19,899 bases of DNA from Candidatus Heimdallarchaeota archaeon (GCA_027061945.1 JAMOVR010000354.1:1-19899), one strand, 5' to 3'. Shown: positions 1 to 9,088, numbered from the stretch's first letter. Notes: generated by a model not told the origin, from the sequence alone. Made by a program: numbers and translations.

Positions 1-233
1 TCTTTAGTTTAGTAAATAATTATTAATATAATATCGTTAGAGTAAAAAAGAGATGTTCCTCCAAATGAATTCTTTTTTCGGCTACTAATTTTGTTTAAAT
101 AAAAAAATATAATCATTACTCTATACAAAGAATGTTTTAAAAAATTAATCCCTTTGTGTTTTCTTTAACGAAAGAAATTAGACCGAAGAAAACAAAAACA
201 GTGTATTATGAATATAACAAAGGGTGAAAACAT

Positions 234-3200
234 TTGCTTAAAGTGGAATATGAAACACTTTGTCCTGTATGTGGTGCTACATTAACTTTGGAAGAAATTA
301 ACAAACATATTTGTTTCCAGAAAAAAATTCCTTTATCCAAGCCATTTGAATTACATGAACTAAATACCTTTGAAACTCTGTTTAAGGACTGCGTTGGGGA
401 GCCCCGAAGTATTCAAAAGTTATGGATGAAACGTCTATTGAGAGGTGAAAGCTTCGCAGTAACTGCTCCTACCGGCATAGGAAAAACTAGGTTTGGACTA
501 GTCGCATCTCTTTTCTTTAGTTTAAAAGAAAAAAGAAGCTATTTATTATTCCCAACATCTCTTCTGGTAAAGCAAGCATATGATCTTCTTTCAAAATTTG
601 TTTCGATTATAGAAAAAAAGCATCAAAAAAAACCGAAAATTGTAGCCTACTTTTCAGACATGAAAGAAAAAGAAAAAGAGTTGGTTAAGAAATCAATTAG
701 TAATGGAGAATTTGATATTTTATTGACTACAACACAGTTCTTAACTAAAAATTTCTCTGTAGTAAGGAATAATACTATGGATTTTATTTTTGTTGATGAT
801 GTCGATTCATTATTAAAGAACTCAAGAAACGTAGAAAAAATTTTGAATCTACTTGGTTTCCGCAGGATTAATGATAAATGGTCTGGCGAGGCTAGGGGAT
901 CATTAATGGTTGCTTCTGCAACGGCAAAACCTGGAAAGTCTACAATGTTATTCAAAGAACTATTAGGTTTTGACGTTGGTGGTTCAAGTTTTGTCTTAAG
1001 AGATGTTTATGATATAATTTTAAGGAAAAAAGAGGTGAATTCATTAGAAGAAATCCTTAAAAAGATGGAAACCGGTGGTATCATTTATACTGAAAATACT
1101 GATATTGCTGAAAAATTATATGAAAAATTATCGAAAAAAGGATATAAGATTGGGTTGGTTACTGCCCAAGACAAACGTCCTTTTGAAGATTTTAAAAATA
1201 AAGATCTCGATTTTTTGATAGGTACCGCTCATTATTATGGAAGCTTAATAAGAGGCTTGGATCTGCCAGAAATAATAAAATTCGTGGTATTTTATGGTAT
1301 ACCCTCGTTTAAGGTATCAATAGATAAAATTCCTCTTGGCTTCCTAAAACAACTAATTCTGAAGTTTTATGATGAAGAATCGATGTCTGAATTTAGAGAA
1401 TTACTTAATTGGAAAACTGAAGAAGATATTGATCAAGAACTTTTAAATAAGGCTCAAGAAAGAGTAAAGTCATTATTACTTTCTAAACAAAATTATTTAA
1501 ATGATATTTCAATAATTGGAGACACCATTGTTTTTCCAGATCTAAAAACATACATACAAGGTAGTGGCCGGACATCTAGATTAATGCCTTGGGGTTTAAC
1601 TAAGGGCGCATCATTTGTTATGGAGGACAATGAATCGATCATTTCTGCTTTTATTAACAAAGCAGGTTATTATGGTATTGATTTTCAAGAATATCATGAA
1701 GTAGACTTAGAATTAATTAAAAAAGAGTTATATGTTTCTAGGACCCCAAAATTAGAAAAAACAGACATTATTAAGCCAGCGTTATTCATAGTTGAAAGTC
1801 CTACTAAAGCAAAACACATTGCCCATTATTTTGGAAGACCTAGTATAAAGAAAAAAGGCAGTATAATAGCTTATGAGGTTTCTAATGAAAAATATTTGTT
1901 AATGGTAACTGCAAGCTTAGGACATGTTACGGATTTAATAATTGGGAAGGGCTATCATGGAATTAAAATAACAGATAAAAAGGAGTTTATTCCAATTTAT
2001 TCCCCAATTTACAAATGCGCACAATGTGGATATCAAATTAGCATGGAGATTGATAAATGTCCTAAGTGTGGAAGCGAAGAGATTATTTCTTCAAAAGAAA
2101 GAATTAATGATTTACGTTCTGTTGCTTATGAAACTGAGTTAGTAATCATTGGAACGGATCCTGATTCTGAAGGAGAAAAGATTGCATGGGACCTACAGAA
2201 TTTATTGAGTCCTATTGCCAAAGTAACTCGTGCGGAGTTTCATGAAGTCACTCCTAAAGCAATTAGAACTGCCTTATCAAGCTTACGAAGTATTGACCTT
2301 GATAGGGTGGAAGCACAAGTAGTTCGTAGGATTGAAGATCGGTGGATTGGTTTTATTCTTTCTCAGCACCTGCAAGAACGCTTTAATAATAAAACATTAG
2401 CTGCTGGTAGAGTTCAAACACCCGTATTAGGGTGGATAATAAAACAAGAACAAAAATCTCGAGAGAAAATAAGAATATACGTAATAAAAGATTTTGATAT
2501 AGAATTAAAACCAATAACAGAAGATAATATCAAAGAGAGCGTTATTTTAGAGCTTGAGATCAAAGAAGTTAAAACTGAAGAAACGACTTATTCTCCTTTG
2601 CCTCCATTTACTACAGATGTAATGTTACAAGCTGCCACTCAAAAATTGGGTTTTTCAACAGCAAAAACAATGGACTTAGCCCAAAAACTGTTTGAGGCTG
2701 GATTAATTACTTATCATAGAACAGATTCTACTCATGTTAGTGATAATGGAATAAAATTAGCAAAAGCATTTTTGAAAGAAGATTTTGAAGGTCGTAGTTG
2801 GGGTGCCGCAGGAACTCATGAATGTATAAGGCCCACTAAACCTTATCCATTAACTGTTATAAGACAATTAATAAAAGAAGGCATTGTGCCAGGTGAAGAA
2901 ATCAATGAAGAGCATTTAGCGCTTTATGATTTGATTTTCCGTAGATTTATGGCAAGTCAAGCAAAAAAATTCATTGTAATAGAAAAGCACTATATTATTG
3001 AATTTGAATGGGGATCAGCAAAACAAAAAATTAATAAAAAAATTGCAGTCCATGCAGAAGGTCGTGCCCATGAATTATATCCATACGTAAAAATAAGAAA
3101 AGAGTTGCCCGTAGGTAAAGTTCGTAAAATTGCAAAGCTAGAATCTAAGCCACTAGCTATTCCTTTTAACGAGGCAGAGATTGTTAATCTAATGAAACAA

Positions 3201-3461
3201 AGGGGTATTGGCAGACCATCCACTTATGCCATAATAATTGATAAACTTTTCCAGAAAAATTATATTTTCAAGAAAAATAACCGGCTCTTTAGCACTAAAC
3301 TAGGAAAACAAATCTATGAATACTTAGAACAAAACTTTAGTCATCTGATCTCAGAAGAAAGAACCAGAAAATTAATGGAAAAAATGGATCTGGTTGAAAA
3401 AGGACAAGTGGAACCTGAGAGACTAATAGAAGAAATTTATCAAGAGACAAAAGAGATATAG
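234..3461 (+). CDS. rgy: Reverse gyrase (SF2 helicase-like domain fused to type IA topoisomerase)
   Basis: N-terminal CPVC zinc motif. Helicase motifs: Walker A APTGIGKT, motif II FVDDVD, SAT, QGSGRTSRL. TOPRIM motifs: IVESPTKA and GTDPDSEGE. Inserted zinc ribbon CAQCG..CPKCG. Catalytic-Tyr motif ITYHRTDS. TTG start at 234 lies 6 nt after AGGGTGA (221-227); GTG at 243 is an alternative start. Confidence 0.95.
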   Translation: MLKVEYETLCPVCGATLTLEEINKHICFQKKIPLSKPFELHELNTFETLFKDCVGEPRSIQKLWMKRLLRGESFAVTAPTGIGKTRFGLVASLFFSLKEKRSYLLFPTSLLVKQAYDLLSKFVSIIEKKHQKKPKIVAYFSDMKEKEKELVKKSISNGEFDILLTTTQFLTKNFSVVRNNTMDFIFVDDVDSLLKNSRNVEKILNLLGFRRINDKWSGEARGSLMVASATAKPGKSTMLFKELLGFDVGGSSFVLRDVYDIILRKKEVNSLEEILKKMETGGIIYTENTDIAEKLYEKLSKKGYKIGLVTAQDKRPFEDFKNKDLDFLIGTAHYYGSLIRGLDLPEIIKFVVFYGIPSFKVSIDKIPLGFLKQLILKFYDEESMSEFRELLNWKTEEDIDQELLNKAQERVKSLLLSKQNYLNDISIIGDTIVFPDLKTYIQGSGRTSRLMPWGLTKGASFVMEDNESIISAFINKAGYYGIDFQEYHEVDLELIKKELYVSRTPKLEKTDIIKPALFIVESPTKAKHIAHYFGRPSIKKKGSIIAYEVSNEKYLLMVTASLGHVTDLIIGKGYHGIKITDKKEFIPIYSPIYKCAQCGYQISMEIDKCPKCGSEEIISSKERINDLRSVAYETELVIIGTDPDSEGEKIAWDLQNLLSPIAKVTRAEFHEVTPKAIRTALSSLRSIDLDRVEAQVVRRIEDRWIGFILSQHLQERFNNKTLAAGRVQTPVLGWIIKQEQKSREKIRIYVIKDFDIELKPITEDNIKESVILELEIKEVKTEETTYSPLPPFTTDVMLQAATQKLGFSTAKTMDLAQKLFEAGLITYHRTDSTHVSDNGIKLAKAFLKEDFEGRSWGAAGTHECIRPTKPYPLTVIRQLIKEGIVPGEEINEEHLALYDLIFRRFMASQAKKFIVIEKHYIIEFEWGSAKQKINKKIAVHAEGRAHELYPYVKIRKELPVGKVRKIAKLESKPLAIPFNEAEIVNLMKQRGIGRPSTYAIIIDKLFQKNYIFKKNNRLFSTKLGKQIYEYLEQNFSHLISEERTRKLMEKMDLVEKGQVEPERLIEEIYQETKEI

Positions 3462-3494
3462 TAAAAAATTATTATTGTCTTGTTTATTACAGAT

Positions 3495-3591
3495 GTAAAA
3501 TTACTTTTTGTTTTGTTGTAGTTAGTGTTTTTTTTCTTTATCAAGAAGGAATATTGTCCTGATCTAGTCTTTTTTTAGTATGTTCGAATGC
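3495..3591. repeat. Inverted-repeat copy A (~97 nt), partner of 7081-7175
   Basis: By hand alignment, the reverse complement of 7081-7175 matches 3495-3591 with 6 substitutions and one 2-nt indel. Confidence 0.85.
3541..3591 (-). pseudogene. Relic 3' end (16 codons plus stop) of a paralogue of the 6178-7131 membrane-protein gene
   Basis: The minus strand reads AFEHTKKRLDQDNIPS*, versus AFEHTKKRSDQNNIPS* at the end of the 6178-7131 ORF. The frame upstream of 3591 is broken by several stop codons. Confidence 0.6.
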
Positions 3592-3799
3592 AACGTAGCA
3601 ATATTCTCATCATTCCTAGTCACTTGCCTTTCAGAAGAAAACTTTCTGCCGATAGCATTACATTCTTTTAGTAAGTTCCCTATTAATGCGTATTAAGAAC
3701 ATTGTGAACAATAACATAACTGAAAGTAGTGGGTTTCTGACCCATATCTATCGTGGGATGAGAAGTGATTAATATAATTAATTTTGAAATTTAAATTGA

Positions 3800-4621
3800 A
3801 TGCCTAGTAATCCGGATTTAACTTCTTTCTTTGAAGATTCTGACCGTCCTTCGGACAAAGAAGAAGCATTATTACGTCGAATTGAAGAATTAGTACGTGA
3901 CTATGCAAGCACAACTGGTCATACTTATTCGCCTATGATCCGTCGTTATCGCGCTTCAGGAGTCCCTTATTGTAACCGAAAACTTGCGTTAGAAATGTTA
4001 CTAAGGATAGAAGAACTTGAAACATTAGAAGAGGATGAAGTATTAATGGGCACTGCAATGACAGGGCAATTAATCCATGATTTTTTAGAAAAAGCCTTAG
4101 AACCCATTTTAATCTCTTCTGAAGAAGAAGTAGAGCTTGATTTTGGAGATTTTAAAATATCTGGGCATTATGATTTACTGGTTAAAGATATTGATGGTAG
4201 TAAAGTAGTAATCGACGTAAAAACATGTTCTGACGCATCAAAAGTTAAACCTAAAGAATCTCATCGAAGGCAACTTTCCGTTTATCAAGCAGCATTAGGA
4301 GGAATTCCTGGAGCATTATTATATGTTGAAAGGAATAATTTTAGAATGAAGTTATTTAGGTTTGATTTTGACAAAGAGCTCTTTTCACAAGTAGCTTCTA
4401 AAATCGCAGAATTAAACGCATCTTTGCTAAATATTGCGAATTATTTTGGCTATTCAAAAGAAGTAAAATCTGGAATTCCTTTTGAAATAAACCTTAATTT
4501 TACTCAAATAAAAGATGTTATTGGAAAAGGCCTTCTTCCGCCAGCAATACCGGAATTTGAATATGAATGTAGAAACTCTTGGTCTAAATGCCGTTTTTAT
4601 GATATCTGTTACGAGAAATAA
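3800..4621 (+). CDS. Cas4-like / RecB-family PD-(D/E)xK nuclease with putative 4Fe-4S cysteines
   Basis: N-terminal YCNRK cysteine motif. Nuclease motifs GHYDLL (D), VIDVKT (DxK) and QLSVY (QxxxY). C-terminal cysteines CRNSWSKCRFYDIC. A TATA-like ttaatataat lies ~23-32 nt upstream and there is no SD, suggesting a leaderless mRNA. Confidence 0.75.
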   Translation: MPSNPDLTSFFEDSDRPSDKEEALLRRIEELVRDYASTTGHTYSPMIRRYRASGVPYCNRKLALEMLLRIEELETLEEDEVLMGTAMTGQLIHDFLEKALEPILISSEEEVELDFGDFKISGHYDLLVKDIDGSKVVIDVKTCSDASKVKPKESHRRQLSVYQAALGGIPGALLYVERNNFRMKLFRFDFDKELFSQVASKIAELNASLLNIANYFGYSKEVKSGIPFEINLNFTQIKDVIGKGLLPPAIPEFEYECRNSWSKCRFYDICYEK

Positions 4622-4806
4622 ACAAAAAATTATTTGGCAAGCCATTTCGTTTGTTTTTGTTAAAAATAAAAAATAAGTCTCTTTATTTGATACACAAATT
4701 TTTATTTTCTTTGGGTGTTGAAGTTTTTTCCTTAAGTGGTAACACTGTGAAGGGTTTTTTCCTTATGAAAAAAATGTTTTAAGTCTTCCCTTGTTCTTGT
4801 TGGTTG

Positions 4807-5985
4807 ATGGAAGAATTCGATTTGGTTGTTGTTGGTGCAGGTCCCGCAGGTAACAGGGCAGCGATAAGTGCTGCAGAGGCAGGTGTAAATACTTTGCTTC
4901 TCGAAGAACACCCGATCATTGGAAGGCCAATTTCTTGTGGCGAAGGAATAAGTAGAGATGCTTTAAACACTTTTGATCTTCCAGTTGAAGATGCGGACTA
5001 TTTTAATCGCCCTGTAAAGGAATTTAGAATGTTTGCTCCTAATGCTAGTGTAGTTAAACTGAGAATTGATGGCTTTATAATAAACCGAGAAAAATTTGAT
5101 CAGTATAATGCAAAGTTAGCAGCTGAAGCAGGTGCCGAAGTAAAAACCAGACATCGAGTAATTGGTGTTAAAAGAGTAGGAGAGGAATTAGAAATTCAAG
5201 TATTAAAAAATAATTCTGAAAAGTTATCTTTTTCCTCAAAAATAGTAATCGATGGTACTGGTCCGTCGGCTAGAATAGGTAAAATGATAGGTGCTCAAAC
5301 CCCCGAAAAATATGTTTTTGGCGTGGAATATAAACTTAAGGGGATTACAACTGAAAGTTTTGACTTTTATCTTGACTTTGAAAAATATAAACGTGGTTAT
5401 ATATGGATTTTTCCAAAAGGAGATGACCATGCAAACGTAGGCATAGTAACAACAAGACCAGAACCAAGAAAACTACTAGATGAATTTATTACAGAAAGGC
5501 AAATTGAAGGAGAAATAATGCAATATATTGGGGGAGCAATTCCTATGACGGGGCCTGTAAAAGAACCGGTGGAGAATAATTTCTTGGCGGCGGGTGATGC
5601 TGCAGGAACTGCTAATGCATTGTTTTATGGTGGTATACGTGCGGCCCTTATATCTGGAGACTTAGCAGGAAAGATAGCTAGTAAAGCAATAAAAGAGAAA
5701 AATTATTCTAAAGAACGTTTAATGGAATACCCAAACATTCTCTTCACCCTCCCAATTGCTGATGAGAGTATAATCTTAGCACATAGAATCTTTTATAATT
5801 TTAAAAATGATGTTTATAATCATTTTTCTACGATTCTTGATGGATATTATTTAGATAAATTAGGTATTTCAGGTTATCTCAAAGCAGGATATATTGGTTT
5901 TCTAGATAAATATGGACGAAAAATGAGAAAAGAACTTTGGACAATGATTAAAGGCTTTAAAACAACTGCAGAATGGGGATTTTAA
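4807..5985 (+). CDS. Geranylgeranyl reductase-family FAD-dependent oxidoreductase (likely archaeal lipid saturation)
   Basis: N-terminal FDLVVVGAGPAGNRAAISAAEAG dinucleotide-binding fold followed by PISCGEGI, and GDAAG later. Length is typical of the family. I prefer ATG at 4807 over the TTG at 4804 given in the ORF track. Confidence 0.85.
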   Translation: MEEFDLVVVGAGPAGNRAAISAAEAGVNTLLLEEHPIIGRPISCGEGISRDALNTFDLPVEDADYFNRPVKEFRMFAPNASVVKLRIDGFIINREKFDQYNAKLAAEAGAEVKTRHRVIGVKRVGEELEIQVLKNNSEKLSFSSKIVIDGTGPSARIGKMIGAQTPEKYVFGVEYKLKGITTESFDFYLDFEKYKRGYIWIFPKGDDHANVGIVTTRPEPRKLLDEFITERQIEGEIMQYIGGAIPMTGPVKEPVENNFLAAGDAAGTANALFYGGIRAALISGDLAGKIASKAIKEKNYSKERLMEYPNILFTLPIADESIILAHRIFYNFKNDVYNHFSTILDGYYLDKLGISGYLKAGYIGFLDKYGRKMRKELWTMIKGFKTTAEWGF

Positions 5986-6099
5986 TTCTGTCGACGAGAA
6001 GTTTCCTTTCTTCTGAAAAGATGGGTGGGGGGTGAGAGATACTATAAGATCGCCATTACAATGATGTTATCCTGAAACAAACCTTTTCTTTTAACCAAT

Positions 6100-6123
6100 A
6101 AGCTCCTCGCAAAAGAAGGAGTA
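6100..6123 (+). repeat. Small hairpin element, family member 1 (AAGCUCCU-CGCAAAAGA-AGGAGUA)
   Basis: Related to 13044-13065 and 17211-17232. The stem CUCCU/AGGAG differs from CCCCU/AGGGG by a compensatory C-G to U-A change. Confidence 0.4.
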
Positions 6124-6177
6124 ATTCGCATTTTTTTGATACTGTTTATAAATAATAATTTCCTTTGATAATCGTTT

Positions 6178-7131
6178 ATGATAGACAATAAGAACATAAA
6201 AGCATTAATCACTTTACTTTTGTTTGGACCTTTTTTTGGTGAAGCAGTTTCTATGTCCACACCATTATCTGCATTTATTCTTCCTCAAGTTATTATACCA
6301 TTAATGATGCTATATGGTTTAGGACTTGTAATAATACATTATCTTAAAACAACTAAGCACTTATCTACAACAAGTATTCTTTTGTTAGGTGGTGTTTATG
6401 GGATACTAGAAGAAGGCCTGAGTTTGAAAAGTTTTTTCAATCCTAACTGGAAAATAAACGAATTAGCTATTTATGGCCGTGTTTGGGGTACAAACATGGT
6501 ATGGTCTGTAAGTGTTACATTATATCATGTAGTAGTGAGTATTTGGGTACCACTTACGTTATTCGAGATTTTTTTCCCAGAGTATAAATACAAACCATTG
6601 TTAGAAAGCAAGAAATCTATTGTTTTTGCAATTATATTATATTTTTTTAGCTTATTATTGTTCTTTATAGTATGGCCTTATAAAGTCCCAACAACACCTT
6701 ATTTACTCACGATGATTATTACCGTTATTCTTTTCTTATTAGCCCTCAAACTACATGAAGATGATTTTGAAAAAGAAAAATTAACATCTTCCCCCCTCAG
6801 AATTTATTTTTCAGGTATTGCAGGATTCTTTTTATGGGTAATTTTCTCATGGTTTATGGTAGAGAGCAATATCCCCTGGGAAGTCCCATTTGCTTTAATG
6901 ATTGGACTTCCTTTATTCGTCGTTATTTTAAGTGGTGGTCTAAACAAATATTGGGATGATAAACAAAAATTAGTACTAATTACAGGAATCATGACACCGA
7001 TGATGATATTATTTCCATTTTTAACTGAAACTATTCCGCAAGCAATTGTTTCTATTATTTCAATTATTATCTTAGGAAGAGCATTCGAACATACTAAAAA
7101 AAGATCAGACCAGAACAATATTCCTTCTTGA
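6178..7131 (+). CDS. Polytopic membrane protein of unknown function
   Basis: 317 aa with about 8 hydrophobic segments. TATA-like tttataaata (6145-6154) sits ~24-33 nt upstream of the ATG with no SD, suggesting a leaderless mRNA. I recognise no family. Confidence 0.7.
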   Translation: MIDNKNIKALITLLLFGPFFGEAVSMSTPLSAFILPQVIIPLMMLYGLGLVIIHYLKTTKHLSTTSILLLGGVYGILEEGLSLKSFFNPNWKINELAIYGRVWGTNMVWSVSVTLYHVVVSIWVPLTLFEIFFPEYKYKPLLESKKSIVFAIILYFFSLLLFFIVWPYKVPTTPYLLTMIITVILFLLALKLHEDDFEKEKLTSSPLRIYFSGIAGFFLWVIFSWFMVESNIPWEVPFALMIGLPLFVVILSGGLNKYWDDKQKLVLITGIMTPMMILFPFLTETIPQAIVSIISIIILGRAFEHTKKRSDQNNIPS

Positions 7132-7175
7132 TAAAGAAAAAAAACACTAACTAACAAAATAAACAGTAATTTTAC
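7081..7175. repeat. Inverted-repeat copy B (last 17 codons of the 6178-7131 gene plus ~44 nt downstream)
   Basis: See copy A at 3495-3591. Confidence 0.85.
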
Positions 7176-7197
7176 AAACTAACGTTATTAGATTTAT

Positions 7198-7734
7198 CTA
7201 TGTATTTTGATCTTTTTCTCTTTCTTCTTTAAGATCTTCTTCAGTTTTTGAAATTGAGCGATTTTTCTTTTTTTTCTTTTTTTTACGTTTTTTTGGTTTT
7301 GCTTCTTCATCTAAATATATTTCACTTGGTAATTGATGCTCTGGAAGATTAACTCCTCTACCCACAATCGCTCCAAACCATTGAATCACGCTAATTAAGA
7401 ACGCATACGTTATAGCATTAATTAGAATATCATAGCCAGTATTACCCCTTATGATTTCATTTATCATCTCTACTAGCGTGAAGATGATAAAAGTAATCAG
7501 TACTTGTTTAGAGACTAACTTTTTTCTTTCCATTATTCCTATAGGAACTTCTCTTATCATTACTCCTACAAAAAAAGCGGCGACAAATATCAATATCATA
7601 AAAGGAATGTAGAAGTTAGTACCCCAAACACTAAGTGAAAAAATTGTGTGTAAGAATAAAAGAATTACCGGTAATGCAAGAAATTGCTTAGGTGTCAATG
7701 AGGATTGCTGTTCTGAACTTGTCATTGGAACCAT
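7198..7734 (-). CDS. Small membrane protein (about 4 TM) with Lys-rich acidic/basic C-terminal tail
   Basis: 178-aa ORF with hydrophobic helices and the tail PKKRKKKKKKKNRS..EEDLKEEREKD. The start overlaps the upstream gene by ~47 nt in another frame, suggesting an operon. Confidence 0.6.
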   Translation of the reverse strand: MVPMTSSEQQSSLTPKQFLALPVILLFLHTIFSLSVWGTNFYIPFMILIFVAAFFVGVMIREVPIGIMERKKLVSKQVLITFIIFTLVEMINEIIRGNTGYDILINAITYAFLISVIQWFGAIVGRGVNLPEHQLPSEIYLDEEAKPKKRKKKKKKKNRSISKTEEDLKEEREKDQNT

Positions 7735-8752
7735 TTAATTTTACTTTTTTAGGAAAACAAATGTTTTTGCATGATGGACAGATCCCATCTTTCCATACAT
7801 AATAATAAAGTTCTTTAGAATGAAATAGGCTACCACAAAAATCACACATTACAACATCATCTTTTTCTGTCAGTGGATTTCCACACTCACAACATTTTAC
7901 TACATTCTCATAGAACGTTTTAGGGTAACGAGCTTTGGGAACTGAAAAAAGATTATATCTAACAACTTTCAAAATATTAAAAAGTTCGAAAAATATCGCA
8001 GTGCTAAGTTCTAAAAATCCATTTCTGATCCAGTAATATAAAGACAATGCCAGGTAAAGAATAAAAAACGCTGCTAAGATCAAAGGCATTCGATTCAAGA
8101 TATATTTCTGCATTACTCCCCAATAATATGCTTCTAAAATAATGATCTCAGTAAATAATAACGCAATAGTGTTTTTTATTAATGCATCCATTCTTGTACC
8201 CCAGTCCTTAATCCCTAATTTTCCTTCCCACCACAAATCATGGTTTTCTTTTAGGCTGTCACCTAAAACTCCTGGTTTAAATAATAAAGTTAGGGTCTTT
8301 CGTGGTATGTTACTTCCTTTTTCGGTGCCACCAAAAATCTCAGAAATCATTTTAAATGGGATAAAAGGGATTAAAAACAGGAAATATAAAGTTAAAAGTA
8401 ATGTGCTATAAGTAAAATAGACTAAGTAGAAAAGAGGAGAAAATATTGTAAGGATTATTGCAAGAATTAGAGCATGAGATTTTTTAACAGTAATTTTTCG
8501 CCATTGTATTCTTACCCAGTGAGCAGGATTACGATAAATGTATGAGCAATAATAACAATATGAATGTTTTTTGCCTTTTCCAATCATTCTAGTGAACCCA
8601 GTAGGTACTGCTCGAAGTTCTGAAATCGGAAAATATCCCTTACAGCTATGACATTGTTTTAGTTTTTGTTTTGAATTAGTGTATTTAATACCGTTTGAAG
8701 AATGTCTATTCCTTTTATTTCTAAGATTGTTCTTATTAGTATTCTGATCCAT
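7688..8752 (-). CDS. Membrane-anchored zinc-finger protein: N-terminal zinc ribbon, about 5 TM, C-terminal RING/PHD-like cross-brace finger
   Basis: N-terminal CHSC..(x27)..CYYC. C-terminal CCEC-x12-CDFC-x4-H-x13-CPSC-x3-C (nt 7757-7894), with the RING-H2-like string CGSLFH..VW..CPSCK. A GGAGA SD lies 5 nt upstream of the ATG at 8752. Confidence 0.7.
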   Translation of the reverse strand: MDQNTNKNNLRNKRNRHSSNGIKYTNSKQKLKQCHSCKGYFPISELRAVPTGFTRMIGKGKKHSYCYYCSYIYRNPAHWVRIQWRKITVKKSHALILAIILTIFSPLFYLVYFTYSTLLLTLYFLFLIPFIPFKMISEIFGGTEKGSNIPRKTLTLLFKPGVLGDSLKENHDLWWEGKLGIKDWGTRMDALIKNTIALLFTEIIILEAYYWGVMQKYILNRMPLILAAFFILYLALSLYYWIRNGFLELSTAIFFELFNILKVVRYNLFSVPKARYPKTFYENVVKCCECGNPLTEKDDVVMCDFCGSLFHSKELYYYVWKDGICPSCKNICFPKKVKLNGSNDKFRTAILIDT

Positions 8753-9088
8753 TACTGTCTCCTTTTTCTAAATTTCCTTTAAAAAGGATGCGTATCTTTA
8801 TCTTTAGTTTTCATGATTAATTTAAAAAAATTAAGACCTATTTTTAGTGTAATAATTATTATTTTTATTAATGGTATTTATCTCGTTTTTCTGAACGGTT
8901 TGTTCCAGAGGTTTTTTATTATCGTTGAATTTGCTCTCTGTAGTACTTATTATTTTGATTTTTCTTACATTTTATACTGATTTATCCTTAACAACTTTTT
9001 TAGTGTCGTTAACAGAATTGTTTTAGCTTGGAGTACTTATGATAACATGTTACTAGATAATTCTTGTTTAATCTTTGGGTGATTAAAA

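Noticed and set aside
45-60. 16-mer aaaaagagatgttcct also present (14 of 16) at 19604-19619
   Set aside because: A short A-rich match in a very AT-rich sequence is compatible with chance, and the similarity has no flanking extension.
647-955. Antisense ORFs inside well-supported genes (647-955, 2990-3223, 4454-4645, 4779-4970, 5236-5430, 6042-6260, 6804-7157, 8142-8411, 9979-10206, 10798-11196, 13628-13927, 13935-14180, 15737-15925)
   Set aside because: Each overlaps a longer ORF that has recognisable family motifs or strong membrane-protein character. None has its own motif or ribosome-binding site.
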